Source: a virus (Duplodnaviria > Caudoviricetes). Taken from it: 40,393 bases of DNA. Of the stretch, positions 1-7,655 are shown one piece after another. The notes under the pieces were generated by a model. It was given only the letters and a program-made list of their open reading frames with translations, did not search any database and had not been told where the DNA came from. The stretch spans positions 1 to 40,393 of IMG/VR virus record IMGVR_UViG_3300036856_000029; one strand, 5' to 3'. Position 1 is the first letter of the stretch. Each line of letters opens with the position of its first letter. Made by a program: the position numbers and the translations under genes.

Positions 1-114
1 GTAATTATCAGCCTATCACGCATCGCATGTAGATAGCAAGATGCTCCCCCACCCCCGGCACCTTGACCTTTCTTTCTCCTCTGCTTCTGATTCGTTGCTC
101 TGACTGGATCGCTC

Positions 115-180
115 CGCTTCGCAGGCGTTCCGCACTTTCGCACCCACTTCGCAGGCGTTCTGCGCCCACTTCGCACCCGC
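115..180 (+). repeat. Imperfect ~30-bp tandem repeat
   Basis: CTTCGCAGGCGTTC at 117 and 147; TTCGCACCC at 137 and 170. Confidence 0.7.
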
Positions 181-216
181 TTTGCATGGCTTGTGGCACT
201 ATGCGCAAACGTACTC

Positions 217-246
217 TTGACACGTTTACGACCTATCCCCTATATT
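217..246 (+). promoter_or_regulatory. Sigma70-type promoter of the rightward early operon
   Basis: TTGACA (217-222), 18 bp, TATATT (241-246); start expected near 252. Confidence 0.75.
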
Positions 247-264
247 CGGAGCTGCAACACCACT

Positions 265-300
265 TGGGCCTAGCCCAGCACCGAAAGGACGTACCGCATG
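265..300 (+). repeat. Repeated gene leader copy 1 (TGGGC-N3-GCCCA hairpin + GCACCGAAAGGA SD + ATG)
   Basis: TGGGCCTAGCCCAGCACCGAAAGGACGTACCGCATG; ends at the start codon at 298. Confidence 0.9.
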
Positions 301-948
301 GAATTGTTCGTCTCTCACCCGTCCAGCGACATACTTACCGAAAAGTACCGCCCGCTTCGCATCGCGGAGTTTGTGGGGCTTGACAAACCGCGCCGCATTG
401 CTGCCAAGTTCGCATCCAATCCGCCACGTACTGCGGGACTACTCTTCACAGGTGAACCCGGCATAGGCAAGACAACGCTCGCGCTCGCCATCGCAGCGGA
501 GATGCCTGCGGAGCTGCATCACGTCGCATCGCAAGATTGCAACATTGAACGGTTGCGCCAAGTAGTCGCAACATGCCACTACGTTCCAAGCGAAGGACGT
601 AAGCGGCATCTCGTGTTGATCGACGAAGCCGACCGCATGACACAAGCCGCACAGGATTACATGTTGTCAATCCTCGATTCAACCGCGCCGCCGCCGGATA
701 CGATCTTCATTTTGACCGCGAACAGCACGGAAAAACTTCACGAGCGTTTGCTCTCGCGCTGCATCCCTGTGCCGTTTTCGACGCATGGACAATCGACGCA
801 AACCGCTGCACTGTTAGAGCGCGTATGGGATGCGGAAGCCCCTGCAACCGCGCCGCGTCCCAACTTCGCGCGCATCGTCAAGGAATCGTGCAGCAACGTG
901 CGCGCGTCTCTCATGCAACTACAAACGGAGCTGCTACTCGCGGACTAA
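298..948 (+). CDS. Clamp-loader/RFC-RarA-like AAA+ ATPase lacking a C-terminal collar
   Basis: LTEKYRP..I.EFVG, Walker A GEPGIGKT, Walker B LIDEAD.MT..AQ, LLSRC arginine finger; only 216 aa. Confidence 0.85.
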   Translation: MELFVSHPSSDILTEKYRPLRIAEFVGLDKPRRIAAKFASNPPRTAGLLFTGEPGIGKTTLALAIAAEMPAELHHVASQDCNIERLRQVVATCHYVPSEGRKRHLVLIDEADRMTQAAQDYMLSILDSTAPPPDTIFILTANSTEKLHERLLSRCIPVPFSTHGQSTQTAALLERVWDAEAPATAPRPNFARIVKESCSNVRASLMQLQTELLLAD

Positions 949-967
949 CTGCAGCTCTCAAACCTCA

Positions 968-1003
968 TGGGCATTGCCCAGCACCGAAAGGACGTAACGC
1001 ATG
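968..1003 (+). repeat. Repeated gene leader copy 2
   Basis: TGGGCATTGCCCAGCACCGAAAGGACGTAACGCATG; ATG at 1001. Confidence 0.9.
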
Positions 1004-1186
1004 GAATCTACCTGCAAAATCTGCTCTCTTCGCTCTCACTTTGCGCTATGCGCGCATGGTGCGTGTGTCGTGTGTCGTGTGAGCTGCGAGTGTGCTGGAT
1101 GTCTCGCAGATGCGCAGCTCCGCACCCCGATGACGAAGGGCTCGCGGATGGTGAATGCTTCGGAGACAATCACCCGCTCTCACTGA
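1001..1186 (+). CDS. Small Cys-rich (Zn-binding?) hypothetical protein
   Basis: Starts at the leader ATG; CKIC, C.H..C..C...C.C..C. Confidence 0.6.
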   Translation: MESTCKICSLRSHFALCAHGACVVCRVSCECAGCLADAQLRTPMTKGSRMVNASETITRSH

Positions 1187-1225
1187 ATGGGCGCGCGTAG
1201 CAGCGCGCCACAATCTGCAACACCT

Positions 1226-1262
1226 TGGGCATTGCCCAGCACCGAAAGGACGTAATCGCATG
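1226..1262 (+). repeat. Repeated gene leader copy 3
   Basis: TGGGCATTGCCCAGCACCGAAAGGACGTAATCGCATG; ATG at 1260. Confidence 0.9.
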
Positions 1263-2162
1263 AATGCTTATGAAGTCATCACCGCGCGCCTGATCGAAAA
1301 ACTCGAAGCTGGCGTTATTCCTTGGAAGCAACCGTGGAAGAATAGCGCGCACGGCGCGTATCTCCCTACAAACTTCGCCACTGGACGCGGCTATCGCGGA
1401 ATCAATCTTGCGATGCTGCTTTGCAGCGGGTACGGCTCACAGCAGTGGATGACGTACAAGCAAGCGGAGGAGCTAGGCGCCAACGTTCGCAAGGGCGAGC
1501 GCGGCACCCCTGTTGTGTTCTGGAAGTTTCCCGGTAAAGCTGCGAATGAAGACGGTGCGATGGTGCGCGAGAAAGGCGCGCCGCTGTGCCGCTATTACAC
1601 GGTTTTCAACGTGGAACAGATTGACGGTTTGCCCGTCGATCTCCCCTTTGAAGATGCGCCTTTCGACGCCATCGAATCCGCGCAGCGCATCGTTGATGCG
1701 CATATGGCGAGCGCATCGCATCCGGAGCTGAAACACGGCGGCGCGAGTGCGTGCTACGTGCTCACTTACGACACGGTTTATATGCCCAAGCCGCAATCGT
1801 TTGTGACACCAGAAAAGTATTACTCCACGCTATTCCATGAGCTAGGTCACAGCACACGGCACCCGCGCCGCCTCGATCGCAAGAAAGAGGATGCGCGGTT
1901 TGGCTCCAAGGATTATGCAACTGAGGAGCTGGTAGCAGAGTTTACGGCGGCGTTTCTCTGCGCCGAATCAGGCATCGTTTCGGAGGACGTCGACGCGCAC
2001 AATGCGGCGTATATCAAGGATTGGCTGGATGTCTTCAAGGCTGATTCGCGCGTCGCTGTGATGGCTGCGCAGCGCGCACAAAAGGCCGCTGATTTCATCC
2101 TGGGCCGTGCCGCGTTCGATGCGGCTGAAGAGGCGCGCGAAGAGAGTGCGGTGGCCGCATAG
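1260..2162 (+). CDS. ardC: ArdC-family antirestriction/ssDNA-binding protein (DUF1738 + zincin-like domain)
   Basis: YE.IT..LIE.LE.G..PW..PW, YRGIN, W.TYKQA, VRKGE.G, YTVFNVEQ, HELGH, Y..EELVAE; start moved to the leader ATG at 1260. Confidence 0.93.
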   Translation: MNAYEVITARLIEKLEAGVIPWKQPWKNSAHGAYLPTNFATGRGYRGINLAMLLCSGYGSQQWMTYKQAEELGANVRKGERGTPVVFWKFPGKAANEDGAMVREKGAPLCRYYTVFNVEQIDGLPVDLPFEDAPFDAIESAQRIVDAHMASASHPELKHGGASACYVLTYDTVYMPKPQSFVTPEKYYSTLFHELGHSTRHPRRLDRKKEDARFGSKDYATEELVAEFTAAFLCAESGIVSEDVDAHNAAYIKDWLDVFKADSRVAVMAAQRAQKAADFILGRAAFDAAEEAREESAVAA

Positions 2163-2217
2163 GACGAAACGGGCAGAGCATCGCCCGTCGCAGCGTCAAG
2201 CGCTGCCTGATGAGTCC
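2162..2217 (+). ncRNA. Type II hammerhead ribozyme
   Basis: GGAC-GAAA-CGGGC-agagcatc-GCCCG-TC^-GCAGCG-tcaag-CGCTGC-CTGATGA-GTCC: complete core with three paired stems; predicted cleavage after C2189. Confidence 0.93.
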
Positions 2218-2238
2218 ACACCACGAAAGGAAACCTAA

Positions 2239-2478
2239 ATGCCCACCATCGACGAACGCCGCGAAGCTGTACGCGCACTCACTACCGAATGGCCGTATCT
2301 GAAAGCGTCCGAGCTCTACGACGCGGACGGAGATAGCCCAGAGAACATCGCCGTCAATTTGCAAATGCAAAAGACGGAGCTGCTTCGGGCGCTGAAAGAA
2401 ATCGTAGAGTCACAGCCGAAATTCTCCACTCCTGCCCGAATCGCTTCTGCCGCCATCGCCAACGCTGAAGGTCGCTAA
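2239..2478 (+). CDS. Hypothetical protein
   Basis: 79 aa ORF with SD GAAAGGA just downstream of the ribozyme. Confidence 0.7.
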   Translation: MPTIDERREAVRALTTEWPYLKASELYDADGDSPENIAVNLQMQKTELLRALKEIVESQPKFSTPARIASAAIANAEGR

Positions 2479-2497
2479 CAACCCAAACCCTCAACCA

Positions 2498-2535
2498 TGG
2501 GCCTCGCCCAGCACCGAAAGGAAACACTTTCAATG
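2498..2535 (+). repeat. Repeated gene leader copy 4
   Basis: TGGGCCTCGCCCAGCACCGAAAGGAAACACTTTCAATG; ATG at 2533. Confidence 0.88.
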
Positions 2536-2688
2536 ACTCCGAACGATCTGCACGAACTCGCCAATATGTACGGCTTCCTCGCCTGGCTGATTCCTACCCT
2601 CATCACCTTCGTGGCTCTCGTCGGCTACTGCTTTTGGATTTCACGCGACCGCGTACCCCGTTCGGCGCGCCGCAAGCGTGGGTTCTGA
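2533..2688 (+). CDS. Small single-pass membrane protein
   Basis: 51 aa; hydrophobic FLAWLIPTLITFVALVGYCFWI followed by a basic tail. Confidence 0.65.
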   Translation: MTPNDLHELANMYGFLAWLIPTLITFVALVGYCFWISRDRVPRSARRKRGF

Positions 2689-2795
2689 GGCTGTTGCACT
2701 CAGTCTCCACATTCACCCGCGCGGCTCGACGTACAGACGCGCGAATCGAGGGCAAACCGCCCGCCAACAGGCTGCAAAAACCATAAGGAGAGTAC

Positions 2796-3191
2796 ATGCA
2801 AATTCTCGACATCATCGCAGGGAAGTATCCGCAATTCCTCGAGCGCGCAGGCGTCGCCATCAAGGTCACCAATCAGCCGTACATGGATCTGAGCGTCGAG
2901 TCGATCGGCGCGCGCGGTCCGTGGGGCGAAGGTATCGCCGTTTCGATCTGCCACTACGGCGAGCAAAATGGTGATCTCATGCGTGACCCCGAGGTGTGTC
3001 TGGAGCGCACCGCTGCCGGCGGCTGGCGTCCGTACTACTACCGCAACGATTACGTCGGCTTCGAGCAAGAGAGCTGCGAGCCGGGCCTAGTCGCAGCTCT
3101 GGAAACCTTCTGCCGCACGTGGGATGCTAACCTGCGCAGCCAGGGATTCGTCACCGCAGTTGAGGCTGACAAAGCACAGGTGCGTGGATGA
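2796..3191 (+). CDS. DUF6908-like protein
   Basis: SD TAAGGAG; YMDLSVE, SICHYGEQNGDLMRDPE, W..NLR.QGF (family recalled from memory). Confidence 0.7.
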   Translation: MQILDIIAGKYPQFLERAGVAIKVTNQPYMDLSVESIGARGPWGEGIAVSICHYGEQNGDLMRDPEVCLERTAAGGWRPYYYRNDYVGFEQESCEPGLVAALETFCRTWDANLRSQGFVTAVEADKAQVRG

Positions 3192-3470
3192 CGCAGCGCA
3201 CCCTCTTCAACCTGCCAGCTCTGCCGCCCGTTCCTGCTGTCTGGGAACGGCGCGGCGGCGTCAACGGGGGCACCTGCGGCTCCTCTCACACTCACCTGCC
3301 CAGCGGCATGGTTGCGCGCCACTGTGGGCACCCTACGGCGAACTTTCCTTATTTACATCGAGACACCAGACGGCGGCTTGATCTATGCGCCGAACGGGCG
3401 CGGCTTCCAGCGTCTCGCGCTGGCTAAAGGGCATATTGAATCCCTCTGGAGGAATCGCACCAATGCCTAA
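3188..3470 (+). pseudogene. Hypothetical protein split by a 1-nt frameshift at ~3352-3354
   Basis: Frame 1 ends ...HCGHPTANFPY; removing one T continues YIETPDGGLIYAPNGRGFQRLALAKGHIESLWRNRTNA* with its stop overlapping the next ATG. Confidence 0.6.
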
Positions 3471-3759
3471 ATTCAAAGTTGAAGTTGAGGTCACCGCCCG
3501 CTGCCGGTACACCGTCGAGCTCGAAGCTGACGGCGAGGGGTGCGCCGAAGACGACGCGCTGAAGCTGTGGCGGTCGAAGCTGCCCGATGATTTCCAAGTC
3601 GAGAAAGGTTACATCGACGATTGGGACACGGAGGTCGAACAGCTCACGTGGGAGTGCACAGAGTGCGGCGCGGAGATCTCGCAGGAACAATCCGACAAGG
3701 GCGACGGTCTCTGCCCCGCCTGCGATGCGAAGATGAAGGCGGAGGAGAGCAGTGCCTAG
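3463..3759 (+). CDS. DpnD/PcfM-like domain + C-terminal Zn ribbon
   Basis: SD GGAGG; MPKFKVEV......TVELEA....AE; CTEC...CPAC. Confidence 0.6.
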   Translation: MPKFKVEVEVTARCRYTVELEADGEGCAEDDALKLWRSKLPDDFQVEKGYIDDWDTEVEQLTWECTECGAEISQEQSDKGDGLCPACDAKMKAEESSA

Positions 3760-4072
3760 TCGTGATCTAACCCCTGCGCAAGCCACCGACCTCGCGCGTT
3801 ACTTCCTCGGTCCGGAGTGGCGCGCGCGGCTCACCCATTCGCTACAGAAGCCGTACATGCTCAGCGACGGCCGCCAAGCCTACGCCGCCGCGAGCTGGCG
3901 CTCTCTCTTCCGGCTGGTCGACGTCAAGCTGCCGGTCCGGCCGCAGTTCATCTCCGCAGGGATGCGCGTGATGATGGGAGAGCGCGCCGTTGCCACCGCT
4001 GTATCAAACTCGATGGCCAAGCGCATCGCCGCCGCGCTCAACGAACACGAGCCTAACTCGCGCGGCATCTGA
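3752..4072 (+). CDS. Hypothetical protein
   Basis: GTG start with GGAGGAG SD, overlaps the upstream stop, ends at the terminator. Confidence 0.65.
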   Translation: MPSRDLTPAQATDLARYFLGPEWRARLTHSLQKPYMLSDGRQAYAAASWRSLFRLVDVKLPVRPQFISAGMRVMMGERAVATAVSNSMAKRIAAALNEHEPNSRGI

Positions 4073-4074
4073 AA

Positions 4075-4110
4075 CTAGAAAACCCCGCCGGCTTGGCGGG
4101 GTTGTTCTAG
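4075..4110. terminator. Hairpin terminator between convergent operons, probably bidirectional
   Basis: CTAGAA-AACCCCGCC-ggctt-GGCGGGGTT-g-TTCTAG. Confidence 0.8.
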
Positions 4111-4163
4111 CTCTGACAGTTTACCGCGACCTTTCTCTCCGTCCCCTCAGGGGATGAGCTTGT

Positions 4164-4349
4164 CTAGTGCACCCAACCTGCGCGCGGCGCGCTCTGTGCC
4201 TTCACCACGGCGATGGCAGCGCTGAAGCCTTGCATGGGTTCCGCAACCGACATGAACGCCGTACAGACCTCGCAGGCGCACGGAATCTGATGCCCTTCGA
4301 GGATCTCCAACACGCGCTTCTCCAGCCGGTCCCGCTCGCTCAGCTTCAT
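4164..4349 (-). CDS. Small hypothetical protein (H..PCACEVC)
   Basis: 61 aa, GAGG SD. Confidence 0.5.
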   Translation of the reverse strand: MKLSERDRLEKRVLEILEGHQIPCACEVCTAFMSVAEPMQGFSAAIAVVKAQSAPRAGWVH

Positions 4350-4422
4350 GGCCGTAACCTCATAGGCGAAGGCCGCGACGGTTATCGCGGCCCCCGTTGC
4401 TCAACATTGTTCGGGTACAACG

Positions 4423-5190
4423 TCAGTTACCGAAAACGAATTCCACGCCGATGATTGGGCTATATCCGCCGTTGATGGTGCTCTTCAAAACGCGCCCGGT
4501 TGGCATGATGAAATAGTTTTTGTTCTTGCTGATTCCAATCAATGCAGCAGCCCCGAGGTTGTACTGCCAGCCTGCGTTCGCTCCGCTCCACGCTACGCCC
4601 GTCGCCGTCGTGCCGTAGATGGGCACGCTGCCCAGCGTGAGCAGCTTCTGCGCGACACCGACACCGACGTTGGTTGTCACAGTGAAGGGCTTTGTCGTGT
4701 TCGGTAACGCGTCCAACACCGTAAACGCATAGGTGCCAGTGTTGCCGATGCCGTGCGCATAGAGCGCTGTGCCTGCGATCGCGGGGCTGCCTCCGGGGTT
4801 CCACGACGCGCCCAGGCCGTAGATGTTTGTGAGGTCGGCCGCCGGCGTCGCCGTCGTCGTGGCCGTCTGCGCGCGCATCGGCACCGCTGCCACCGCAAGC
4901 AGCGCGAGCACAGCCAGGGGAAGCCCGGCCTTCCGCTCGATCGCGGCCGACGGCGCCGCAAAGATCGATGGGAACAGATGCGCGAGCACGTTGGCGATGC
5001 CCACTAAAATCGTGAACGCGCCCGCGTGGGTGTTGAGCCAGCCCGTAGCCCAGCCGCCGAACAGCCCGGCGATCGTGCCTGCCAAAACGACGTACTGCGT
5101 GATTTTCGTAGTCACTGAAACGTTCTCCTTCGCGATCGATTTCGCTTTGTTGTAGTCACTCAACAGCTTGAACATCTGAATCGGATTCAT
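4423..5190 (-). CDS. Lysis-cassette membrane protein: two TM helices + internal signal peptide + probable outer-membrane beta-barrel
   Basis: Start MNPIQM at 5190 overlaps the upstream stop (ATGA); amphipathic strands; C-terminus GVEFVFGN. Confidence 0.65.
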   Translation of the reverse strand: MNPIQMFKLLSDYNKAKSIAKENVSVTTKITQYVVLAGTIAGLFGGWATGWLNTHAGAFTILVGIANVLAHLFPSIFAAPSAAIERKAGLPLAVLALLAVAAVPMRAQTATTTATPAADLTNIYGLGASWNPGGSPAIAGTALYAHGIGNTGTYAFTVLDALPNTTKPFTVTTNVGVGVAQKLLTLGSVPIYGTTATGVAWSGANAGWQYNLGAAALIGISKNKNYFIMPTGRVLKSTINGGYSPIIGVEFVFGN

Positions 5191-5444
5191 CGGTTGACCT
5201 TCTCTTCTTCCGTGGCGGTGAGGCGCATCCGGGTCCGCAGCATCCGGTACGATCTGCGCGACCAGGTCTCGATGTTCTGCAGCCGGAGCTCGAGCTCGCG
5301 GCGCGGAACGTAATGCTTCTCCACCACGCCCAGGCGGCGATCGATCTCGCGGAGCTGCGTGCGGCAGATGGCGACCGTGCAGGCCAGCGAGGTGAGCACA
5401 ATGAAGCCGTGAAAGATGAGCTCGTTGCCGAGGTGCTGATCCAT
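5187..5444 (-). CDS. Putative holin/holin-like protein
   Basis: One N-terminal TM helix + charged coil, directly after the endolysin. Confidence 0.5.
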   Translation of the reverse strand: MDQHLGNELIFHGFIVLTSLACTVAICRTQLREIDRRLGVVEKHYVPRRELELRLQNIETWSRRSYRMLRTRMRLTATEEEKVNR

Positions 5445-5446
5445 GC

Positions 5447-5968
5447 TTAGGCCGCCTCTGTCTTCGGCTGGTGCAGGTCGATGAAGCCAAGCAGCTGCAC
5501 GAGCGTCTTTCCGCCCTTCTGCCTGTAGTTATTGCCGGGGAAGCTGGCCCAGATGTTCGCGCACGCGGCGATCGCATCGGGCCACTTGCCGGCGGCGATG
5601 AGCGGCAGTGCCTTGCGCTCGCGAATCTGCTCCACCGCAACCAGGTCCTGCGATCGCGCGCTGAAATCTCCCAGCTTGAGCAGGACCTTGTACGCCTCCC
5701 ACCACTTCAGTTCCAGCTGATAGCGTCCCGATGCCGTCGACGTGAGCAGAGGATCGCGGCGCACAATCTGCGTGGCGCGGCCGTGGGCGAAGGGATGATC
5801 GGAGAAGTCAGTGAAGACGGCCGGACCGTAGATGCTGCTCACAATGACGTCGTAGCCGTTGCACTTCGTCAGTGGATGGGTCGCGGTTGCTTCGCTGTAG
5901 GCGATGAGATCAAGGAAAGTCAGCAGGCGAGCGCTGCCCTCAGCATCCTGCTCTGTGAGTGTGGGCAT
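5447..5968 (-). CDS. Endolysin, lambda-R-like lytic transglycosylase (GH104)
   Basis: FLDLIAYSE, GYDVIV, FTDFSDHP, STASGRYQ, DFS..SQD, IWAS.PG..Y.Q. Confidence 0.93.
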   Translation of the reverse strand: MPTLTEQDAEGSARLLTFLDLIAYSEATATHPLTKCNGYDVIVSSIYGPAVFTDFSDHPFAHGRATQIVRRDPLLTSTASGRYQLELKWWEAYKVLLKLGDFSARSQDLVAVEQIRERKALPLIAAGKWPDAIAACANIWASFPGNNYRQKGGKTLVQLLGFIDLHQPKTEAA

Positions 5969-6060
5969 AAGCGCAACTATCGCCGCAAGATGTACAACTC
6001 ACGATGGCCCCTTCGTGGTACCGGGACGGTTTGGCTATGTGGAATTCCCGAATTGGGAAT

Positions 6061-6480
6061 TTACGTGCTGAGAACTTCAGCAACGATCTCGGTTCGCGGG
6101 TTCGCGCGGTCCTCGTCGATCACTTCGAGTAGCCATTTCCGCACGCGCGCATCCGAGTGGATAACCCCCGCATGTTGTAGGCTGTCGGCGATGCACTTCC
6201 AGAAATTGTCTCCGTCGCCGCGCTCGCCTGGTCCGAGGTAGATCCTCGCGGTGAGCTGATAGCGCACCCTGTCGCACTCGCGCTTCGTGAGCGGGGCGAT
6301 GGTCCGGCCGGCGGCTGCGATCCAAACGAGATCTCGCCACAGGATTGCCTCGGGCGTTAGCTCGAAGCTCTTGCGGCGTTCGCGGCCGTAAAACTTCATC
6401 ACCGGCTTTTTGTAGTGGTTCACGCTGGGCGGCGTGCCCTCGATCGTGATGCACACGCGCTGGTCGCTCAATTCACTCAC
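6061..6480 (-). CDS. rusA: RusA-family Holliday junction resolvase
   Basis: PPSVNHY, RGDGDNFWKCIADSL..AGVI.SD..V, NPRTEI. Confidence 0.85.
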   Translation of the reverse strand: MSELSDQRVCITIEGTPPSVNHYKKPVMKFYGRERRKSFELTPEAILWRDLVWIAAAGRTIAPLTKRECDRVRYQLTARIYLGPGERGDGDNFWKCIADSLQHAGVIHSDARVRKWLLEVIDEDRANPRTEIVAEVLST

Positions 6481-6481
6481 C

Positions 6482-6718
6482 TTAGTTGGTTCGCGCGATC
6501 TTCGCCGCGGCTACGCCAGCTTTTATTGCTTCATCAAGATTGGGTGCGCTCCAAAAGGCTTTACAGATCGAACATCCGCAGCTGCGTGGATGCGATTCCA
6601 GCACCTGATTTACATGCATTTTCCAATCGCGTTCTTCCGTGAGTTGTGCGAGCTTCCGCTCCCCTTCAGCAATCTTTTTTTTCAGTTGGGCTATTAGGTT
6701 CTCCGATGTGTCGCTCAT
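6482..6718 (-). CDS. Hypothetical protein (coiled coil + HPRSCGCSIC)
   Basis: Translationally coupled in the operon. Confidence 0.6.
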   Translation of the reverse strand: MSDTSENLIAQLKKKIAEGERKLAQLTEERDWKMHVNQVLESHPRSCGCSICKAFWSAPNLDEAIKAGVAAAKIARTN

Positions 6719-7053
6719 GCGAACTGCAGCTCCTTCTGCTTGCGTCTCTCGCGAGCTGCGCGGCGCTGGCGGGTGCGGAGACGGTGCGCCTGGTCATAGC
6801 GGTTATGACAGCACTGGCACGCGGCGCGCAGGTTCTCGTCGTCGCAGTTGCTCTCGTCATGGTCCAGATGCGCCGTCGTCAGCACCACGATTGAGCCGGT
6901 CCACGGATGCCGCATGCCGTGCCGCGCGGTGCAGCGTTCGCCGTCCAGCGTCAGCATCTCGCAGCGCCCGCCGGCGCGCTCCCACTTGATGCGCTCGGTG
7001 ATCTCCGTCCAGTTGGCCGGATACTTCGATTTGTTCTCAGGACGGATGGGCAT
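6715..7053 (-). CDS. HNH endonuclease-like protein
   Basis: YPANW..I, RAGGRCE, LTTAHLDHD..N....NL...CQ.CHN.YD. Confidence 0.85.
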   Translation of the reverse strand: MPIRPENKSKYPANWTEITERIKWERAGGRCEMLTLDGERCTARHGMRHPWTGSIVVLTTAHLDHDESNCDDENLRAACQCCHNRYDQAHRLRTRQRRAARERRKQKELQFA

Positions 7054-7054
7054 C

Positions 7055-7249
7055 TCATCCCTCGTCGAGCGTCTGGTCGTAGATCTCTTTCACGGTCTCG
7101 CGAAGATTCGCGATGACGGTCTCGGTCTCCATCAGAAGCTCGGGCGGTTGAACTTCTGAGTTCATCAGCTCCCGCAGCTCGTCGGCGATGCTGCTGAGCT
7201 CGTGTGCGCCTCTCTCGATGATTGCGTTCACTTCGGCTGGCGTGCTCAT
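7055..7249 (-). CDS. Hypothetical protein
   Basis: 64 aa, coupled by overlapping start/stop. Confidence 0.6.
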   Translation of the reverse strand: MSTPAEVNAIIERGAHELSSIADELRELMNSEVQPPELLMETETVIANLRETVKEIYDQTLDEG

Positions 7250-7506
7250 GCTTTGTGCTCTCCTTCGTGCTCCTCTTCGAGCGGGAAAATAGTTCTTCCT
7301 CCGTACTGATCGGAGATGGCCTTCATGGCCGGCAGAATCGCCTCCACCAGCTTCATGTCATCGCCTTCGTAGGCGAGCGCAGCGGACATCCCGCCAATGA
7401 AGCACATCTTGAAAATGGCTTTCTGGCTGGGGGTGAGCACACCGTGCAGGCCCCGGTCGGTCATCTCTTCAAACTGATCGTCGATGTATTTGCGCGCGCC
7501 GTTCAT
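7246..7506 (-). CDS. Hypothetical protein
   Basis: Start MNGARK with AAAGGAG SD, ATGA overlap. Confidence 0.65.
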   Translation of the reverse strand: MNGARKYIDDQFEEMTDRGLHGVLTPSQKAIFKMCFIGGMSAALAYEGDDMKLVEAILPAMKAISDQYGGRTIFPLEEEHEGEHKA

Positions 7507-7655
7507 GACGCTCCTTTCTTCCATCCCTTTTCGAGCGCCCAGATGACCAGGCAGCGCAGATTGCAGAATTTCATCGGCGTGCGGTCATCCGGTCCGCGTA
7601 GCTCATAGTGCTTGGCGGGCACCGTCGTGATGCAGCTGCTGCAGAGGAGGCTCAT
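7503..7655 (-). CDS. Small Zn-finger (TRASH-like) protein
   Basis: MSLLCSSC...FCNLRCL; ATGA overlap. Confidence 0.55.
   Translation of the reverse strand: MSLLCSSCITTVPAKHYELRGPDDRTPMKFCNLRCLVIWALEKGWKKGAS

Noticed and set aside
265-2535. CRISPR or integron attC interpretation of the leader repeats
   Set aside because: The intervening segments are whole genes, the repeats include SD+ATG, and there are no RYYYAAC/GTTRRRY ends or integron integrase
2749-2785. c-di-GMP-I riboswitch (GGGCAAACC)
   Set aside because: Lacks the GNRA-capped stem, GGGACGCAAAGC and the second hairpin
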